A stretch of DNA of 64,000 nucleotides from positions 1-64,000 of the forward strand of contig CAVSJV010000018.1 in the NCBI GenBank assembly GCA_963728405.1. Reading direction: 5' to 3'. Below are positions 56,704-64,000 of this stretch, in pieces. Each line of letters starts with the position of its first letter. Position 1 is the stretch's first letter. Origin of the DNA: Methanomassiliicoccaceae archaeon. Its GTDB lineage: Archaea; Thermoplasmatota; Thermoplasmata; Methanomassiliicoccales; Methanomassiliicoccaceae. The position numbers and the translations under genes were made by a program. Below the pieces are notes generated by a model. It did no database searches, was not told the DNA's origin, and was given only the letters and a program-made list of their open reading frames with translations.

Positions 56704-59700
56704 ATGATCAAGATCCTTTACGTCGATGATGAGACCGACCTGCTGGAGGTGGGCAAGCTGTTCTTGGAGAAGCCCAACGAGATCCAGGTCGAGGTCGCCC
56801 CCTCCGCTGAAGAAGCTCTGGACAAGCTTCAGGAAGGTGGGTACGACGCCATCATCTCCGATTACCAGATGCCGGTCATGAACGGCATCGCTTTCCTCAA
56901 GCGGTTGCGGGCCGAGGACAACGATATACCGTTCATCCTGTTCACCGGCCGCGGGCGCGAGGAGATGGTCATCGAAGCGCTCAACTCCGGCGTGGACTTC
57001 TACGTGCAGAAGGGCGGGGACCCCACCGCCCAGTTCCGCGAGCTGGAGCACAAGGCGAGGGAGGCGGTACGCCGCCACCGGGCGGAGGAGGCGCTGAATC
57101 ATTCGCAGCAGATGCTCCAGCTGGTTCTCGACAGCGTCCCTCAGAACGTCATCTGGAAGGACCGGGACCTGAGGTACATCGGCTGTAACAAGAACGCCGC
57201 CATGGCGGTGGGGCTGCCCGAACCGAGGGACTTGATAGGAAAGAGCGACTATGGCATCGTTCACCCAGATTCGGCTGATCGCTATCGAGCAGACGACCGT
57301 CAGGTCATGGACAGCGGTGTACCGAAGATAAATTTCGAGGAAAAACTTATCCAATTGGATGGCAGCGTACGATGGTTGCGGACCAGCAAGGTACCCTTGC
57401 AGGACTCCGATGGAAGGACCATTGGCGTGATGGGCTCCTATGAGGACATCACCGAGCGCAAGTTGGCCGAGGAGGAGCTGAAGGCCAGCAGGCTCCGGCA
57501 GACCATGGCGATGGACCTGGCAAATCTAGTGGAGTGGGAGATGGACCTCTCTACCGGCCGGTTCATCTTTAACGATCGGTTCTATGAACTGTATGGTACC
57601 GATGCCGGTCAGGAAGGCGGCTATCTTCTGCCTCCTGAGGCCTATGTCAGGAGGTTCGTTCACCCCGATGACGTCGATGAGGTGGAAAAAGCGATCACCA
57701 GGGCTCGTTCCCCGGACCTAATCGATGATCATTTCCAGATGGAGCATCGCATCCTCAGGAAGGATGGAGGGGTTCGTCAGTGATCGTGCGCTTCTGCGCT
57801 TTCAGGGACGAGCATCAACGGGTCATCCGGACGTTCGGGGTGAATCAGGACATCACCGACCGCAAGAAGGCGGAGGAAACGCTGCGTCGGGACGAGGCCC
57901 GCAACCGCGCCCTGTTCGAACTGGCCCAGATGTCCGGCCTCACTCCCCAGGACATCGCTGAGAGGGCGATGGACCACAGTATCGAGCTGTCGGGGAGCCA
58001 GATCGGCTACATCGCTTTCCTGAACGAGGACGAGACGGTCCTGACCATGCAGCACTATTCCAAGGGGGCCATGGAACGATGCGCGATCGTGGACAAGCCC
58101 ATGGTCTTCGAGACCGCATCGACGGGGCTGTGGGCGGAGGCGGTGCGGCAGCGGAAGGTGGTGGTGACCAACGATTACGATGCCTCCAATCCCCTGAAGA
58201 AAGGGCTGCCCTGTGGGCACGTCCCCCTCCGGCGGCATATGTGCATCCCGGTGTTCGACCGGGGTCGCATCGTGGCGGTGGCCGGGGTGGGGAACAAGGA
58301 CAGCGATTACACCGAGCAGGACGCCACCGACATAGCGCTGCTCATGGAAGGCATGTGGCACATCGTTCGGAAGATCCAGGCGGAGGCGGCGCTGCGGATG
58401 AGCGAGAAAGAGTTCTCCCAGCTGATCGACACCATACCGGATTTTGTCGTCCGAACGGACATCGAGGGCACCATCACCCTGGTGAACAACCGGGCCCTCG
58501 AGATCAGCGGCTTTAGCAGGGAGGAGGTCATCGGCAAGAGCGTCTTTGCCTTCATGGCCCCCGAGGACGTCGACCGGGCGGTGGCCAACATGAGGGCCAT
58601 GCCACGGGGGAAGATGGGGCCAGTAAGGTATGATCTGGTCATGAAGGACGGGACTCGAGTACCGTTCGAAACGAACGGCGACCTGATCCGGGGCGCCGAC
58701 GGGTCGCCCCTGGGGACCGTGCTGGTGGGTCGGGACATCATCGAACGGAACAGGATGGAATCAAGGCTGGAGCATCTGAACCGGGAACTGCTGGCCATCA
58801 AGGGGTGCAACAAGTCGATGTTCCGGGCCAGTGCGGAGCAGGAACTTCTCGATAATGTGTGTCGCATCGTGTGTGAGGTGGCCGGCTATCGCCTGGCCTG
58901 GATCGGCATGGCCGAACGGGACGAGGCCAGGACCGTTCGGCCGGTGGCCTGGTACGGGTTCAACGAGGACTACGTGGCCAACATCAGGGCCACCTGGGGC
59001 GAGGACGAGAGAGGATGCGGACCTGCCGGAACGGCCATCAAGACCGGCCAGACCGTGTTCATCCAGGATTGGGCCGTCGACGCCCGGGCCGGTCCCTGGC
59101 GGGCGCTCGCCCAGACGAACGGGTACGGGTCCAGCATAGCCATGCCCCTGATGGACTCAGGGGTGCCCTTCGGGGCGCTCATGATCTACTCCGAACAGAC
59201 CAACGGGTTCACCGGGGACGAGGTGGCGCTGCTGGAGGAGATGGTCGGGGACCTGGCCTATGGGGTCATCAGCCTGAGGGCGAAGGAACAACGCGATGTG
59301 GCCCTGGAAGCTTTGAAGAAGAGCGAGGCCAGCCGCCTGGCCCTGTTCGAGGCCGTGCCGGACACGGCCTGGGTCATCGATCAGCGGTCGGGGCGGTTCA
59401 TCGACGCCAATCCCGCCGCGACGCTCATGTACGGCTACTCCAAGGAAGAGTTCACCAACCTCACGATATGCGATATTTCTGCCGAGCCGGAGAAGAGCCG
59501 TCGGGCCATCGACCCGGTCCAGACCTTCATCCCATTACGCTATCACCGGCGCAAGGACGGGACCGTCCTCCCGGTGGAGATCGTGGCCAACCTCTGCACC
59601 ATCGACGGCCGGCCGACCATCGTCGGCACCGCCCGGGACATCACCGACCGGATCCGGTCTGGGGAGGCCCTGGGGGAGGCCAATCGAAAGCTGAACCTGC

Positions 59701-60311
59701 TCTCCAGCATCACCCGGCACGACCTGAACAATCAGATGACCATGCTGCGGGGCTATCTTCAGTTGATCGATGAGAAGGCCCCCGGCCTCGATAGGATCGA
59801 GAAGTGCAGGACCATCACCGATCGGGTCCACAAGATCATCCAGTTCACCGAGACCTATGAGGACATCGGGGTGAAGGAACCGCTGTGGTTCGACCTGCGG
59901 GAATTGATCGGTAAGGCTCAGGAGGAGGTCATCGCCGGCAGGATCAGCGTGATCAATGCGGTCCCCTCGGGGATATTGGTGCTGGCCGATCCTCTCGTCA
60001 TCAAGGTGATGTCGAACCTGATCGACAACGCCATACGCCATGGCGGTGATGCCAAGAACATCCGTTTCTCCGTCGTTCATGCCGACGAAGCTCTTATCCT
60101 GGTGTGCCAGGACGATGGGGCCGGTATCCCCGCGGGCGATAAGCAGCACATCTTCGACAAAGGCTTTGGAAAGAACACTGGATTGGGCCTTTTCCTGTCC
60201 AGGGAGGTCCTGGGTATCACCGGGATAATGATCAGGGAGTGCGGGGTCCCGGGAGAGGGGGCCAGGTTCGAGCTCCAGGTCCCCCCAGGAACCTATAAAG
60301 GAAAGATTTGA
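56704..60311 (+). CDS. Receiver-PAS-GAF hybrid histidine kinase, frameshift near 57780
   Basis: ILYVDDE receiver; several PAS and two GAF domains; TRHDLNNQ H-box; GKNTGLGL. Confidence 0.9.
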
Positions 60312-60504
60312 GCTTACCGTGGTTCTCACTTCCCCGACGGACCGGGGGCCTAGCGTCGGTCAGTGAGCTCTGCGATTTCCATTTTTCCATTTCAGCTTAC
60401 CTGTCTTGATATACGCCCAGGACGATGACCTCGGACGTTGAGCGGTCACCGTAAGGGCTGGTCGTCCAGAGGTCCGTTCTTCATCTCGGGTTGGGGTGTT
60501 GTTC

Positions 60505-63500
60505 ATGAGGTCCAGATTGCCTGTAGTCATACTAGTCGCCGTCATGCTAATGAGCGCCGTCGCGGTACTGCTGTCGCCGACCACCTGCGCCGCCTCGTCC
60601 AGCCCGATCAACATCAACGGCGATGCGGACCTCGCCGCTCAGGCCTCCGCGAACGGCTGGCCCGGTAACGGCTCGGCATCGAATCCGTACCTCATCGCTA
60701 ACCTGACCATCAATTCCTCCGGTGATGCCATACGATTCATGAGAGTAGGTCTCCATGTCGTGGTCGCAAATTCTACCCTCGCGATTTCGAACCGTGGCCT
60801 CGAGATCCAAGATTCCAGTAACATAACGTTCTCCAACAACACCATAGTCGGCGGGTATACTGGCATCATGATGGAATGTTCGAGCGGCTGCACCGTGTCC
60901 AACATCATCATTTACAACAATACGGTGACCACTGAGGGCACGGGCATCATCGTGTCCAGCTCGAGCGACAGCACGGTGGCCAACATCACCATCTCCAACA
61001 ACTCCCTGGTCGGCGGGTATACTGGCATTATTGTGTCCAGCGGGAGCGGGTACGCCCTCTCCGACATCACCCTTTCCTACATCACCATCACCAACAACAC
61101 CGTAAGCAATGGAGGTACTGGCATCGTGGTGTCCATCGGATGCGGCAATGCTCTTTACAACGCCACCCTTTCCCATATCACCATTTCCAACAATACCTTC
61201 GACAATGACGGTAGTGGCATTATTGTGTCCATTTCGAGCGGCGGCTCAGCATTCAACAACACCTTTTCCTCCATCGCCATCTCCAACAACACCATCAACA
61301 ATGGAGGCACTGGCATGGTGGTGGCCAGCTCGAGCGGCATCACGATATCCAACAGCATCATCTCCAACAACACCATCAACAATGGAGGCACGGGCATTAT
61401 CGTGTCCAGCTCGAGCAACACAATGGTCCTAAGCAACACCGTTACCGGTGTGACCTATGATGGCATCATCGTGCCCAGCTCGATCAACGGAACCATCTCC
61501 AACAATACGGTAACCTGCGGGGGCAGCGGCATCAACGCCTACGGCTCGAGCAACTGCACCATCGCCAATAACACAATGACCTGTGGAGGTGCTGGCATCA
61601 TAGCGTCCAGCTCGAGCGGCAGCACCGTGTCCAACAACGCCATCAGCGGTTCGATGAGCTATGGCATTCTCCTGGACAGTGCACGCAACAGCACCGCCGC
61701 GGACAATGACATCAGCGGCCCGTCGAGCATTGGCATCGTATTATCCAGCTCGAGAGGGATCGCTCTCTCCAACAACACCATCACTGATTCAGCGAGCTAT
61801 GGCCTGATCCTGGATAGTTCGAGCAACTGCACCATCTCCCAGAACACCGTCACCGGTTCGGGCGAATATGGCATCAGAAGTAACGGGGCCAATAACAATA
61901 GCATCATGGGCAACAGGATCGCTGATTCGACGGGCTACGGCATCTATCTCAGCAGTGGTACCTCCATCATGATCTATGGCAACGTCTTGGTGGATAACAA
62001 TGGCGCCACCTCGACCTACGATCCGGACCATGTCCAGGCCGATGATGGCGGCGATAATCAGTGGTACAACGAGACCGGGGGCAACTACTGGAGCGACTGG
62101 CAGAGCCCCGACGCCAACCACGACGGCATCGTCGATGTTCCGTACGCCATCGACGGAGGAAGTAACCTCGATCAACTACCGGTCACGATGGCCATGAACA
62201 TCACCGCGCCGTCCTCGCCACTCTACACCAACATATCGACCGTGGCCGTCTCCGGGACCGCTTCGGACGGCTTCGGCATCGGGGCGATCACCTGGTACAA
62301 CGAGGCCACCGGTGCTACCGGAACCTGCTCGGGGACGAGTTCCTGGTCCGCCGACGTCCCTCTGCTCGAGGGCTGGAACAACGTCACTGTGACCATGGCC
62401 GACCCGATGGGCTTCTCCCTCCGGGATAACATCACCGTGATCTACAGCACCGGACCGGTGATCACCACCTCTCCGGAATCGCCGGTCTATACCAACCAGA
62501 GCGAGTACAATGTGCGAATAACCGCCCCCGATCCCGCTCCACTGACCACCGGGAACTGTCTCGCAGTACGTGAACGGCGTACTGGTGAAGGAGAACTCGA
62601 TCGACGACCTCATCGACGGCCAGACCGCTTTCGATCAGGTGGTGCTGTTCCACCTGGACCTCGGCACCAACCTCTTCGTCATTACCGTCAACGATTCGGC
62701 CGGGAACTCGGTGACGTTCATCGATCACCATCGTCTGCGACACCACTGCTCCGACGGTGAACATCGTCTCTCCTGCCGACAACTCCTTTAACACCACCAG
62801 CACCGTGACGGTGGACTGGAGCGGCAGCGACGCTCTCTCGGGGATGGCTTACTACAACATCAGCATCGACGGGAGCATACCGATCGAGGTACCGTCAAGC
62901 ACGATGAGCTACACCTTCGACGGTCTGAGCGACGGCCCTCACACCGTGGTGGTGGAGGCCTATGACATCGCCGGTAACCATAACGATGCTTCGGTCAGCT
63001 TCGTGGTCGATACGGTCGCTCCAACCGTGAGCATCGACAGCCCCGCGGACGGCTCGTACAACAACACCGGCATCGTGACCGTCTCGTGGACCGCCTCCGA
63101 CGCCTCGGGCATCGTCAGGACGGAGGTAAGCATAGACGGGACGACCTGGACGACCGTGACCGGAACGAGCTATACCACGCCATTACTGGAAGACGAGGGA
63201 CCCCTGTACCGTAAAGGTGCGGGTGACCGATGCGGCCGGCAACGTCAACTCGGCGTCGGTGACGTTCATTGTCAGTTACGGCCCCACGATCATCGTATCG
63301 CCGGGATCGCCGATCTATACCAATGAGGACGAGGTCGACATCACGATCGAAGCACCCGATTACGCGCCGCTGACCACTGGCAACAGCACGCACTACGTCA
63401 ACGGCTTGCTGAAGGGCAGCAGCACCATCAACAGCCTCATCGCCGGTCAGACCGCGTTCTCCGAGGTCATCTCGTTCCACCTGGATGTGGGCACGAACCT

Positions 63501-64000
63501 GTTCGTCATCACCGTCAACGATAGCGCCGGCAACTCGATGACTTTCAGCATCACCATCGTCTACGACACGACCAAGCCGATCATCAACATCGTCTCACCG
63601 ACGGACGGCTCCTACAACAACACCGGCAGCGTGACCATCGTCTGGGAAGGGGATGATGAGGCATCAGGCCTGGCGTACTACAACCTGAGCGTCTTCAACG
63701 GAGCGACATGGGACAACACCACCTACATCGATCCGTCCGAGAGCAGCCAGGTCTTGACGCTCGGTGACGGCTCTTACGTCGTACACGTCGAGGCAGTGGA
63801 CAAGGCCGGGAACGTCAACTGCGTCTTCGGTCAGCTTCATTGTCGATACCACGGCACCAACCGTCGATGTCGTCTCGCCGAGCGATGGTGCCTACAACAC
63901 CACTGGCTCGGTGACGGTCGTCTGGACCGGCGACGAGCCGAGCGATCTCGCTCGTTACGAGGTCCGATTGAACAACGGGGCGTGGACCATCGTCAGCGGT
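60505..64000 (+). CDS. Large surface protein: NosD/CASH beta-helix plus Ig-like repeats; frameshifted, runs off the right edge
   Basis: Signal peptide; ISNNT..GI repeats; GNYWSD; DTxAPTVxIxSPxDG repeats. Confidence 0.88.

Overview
Archaeal DNA, most likely Methanomassiliicoccales; this is inferred from the integrase family, NosD/Ig surface proteins and the many PAS histidine kinases. Single-base frameshifts, several at homopolymers, split about 20 genes and look like long-read consensus errors. Bases 1-8833 hold a giant (>2900 aa) secreted surface protein with about 15 tandem FN3-like repeats. About 9.2-20.3 kb is an accessory integrative element ending in a tyrosine integrase and a tRNA-Ala-like 3' att core. 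It carries an AT-rich two-gene candidate defence pair, a HEPN protein, Zn-ribbon membrane proteins, a wHTH regulator and a ~1.3 kb ORF-poor, highly base-paired segment. It is punctuated by six intergenic copies of a palindrome GTCCGGTATC-N5-GATACCGGAC plus phased half-sites, which I did not see elsewhere in the window. From 20.2 to 30.9 kb there are several further degenerate att/integrase-end remnants. The rest is a signalling/stress region: seven sensor kinases, a kaiC-kaiB-kaiB-HK-RR operon, UspA, PRC-barrel, DedA, glycosylation genes, hydrolases, and the start of a large NosD/Ig-fold surface protein. No CRISPR array, rRNA or intact tRNA was found.
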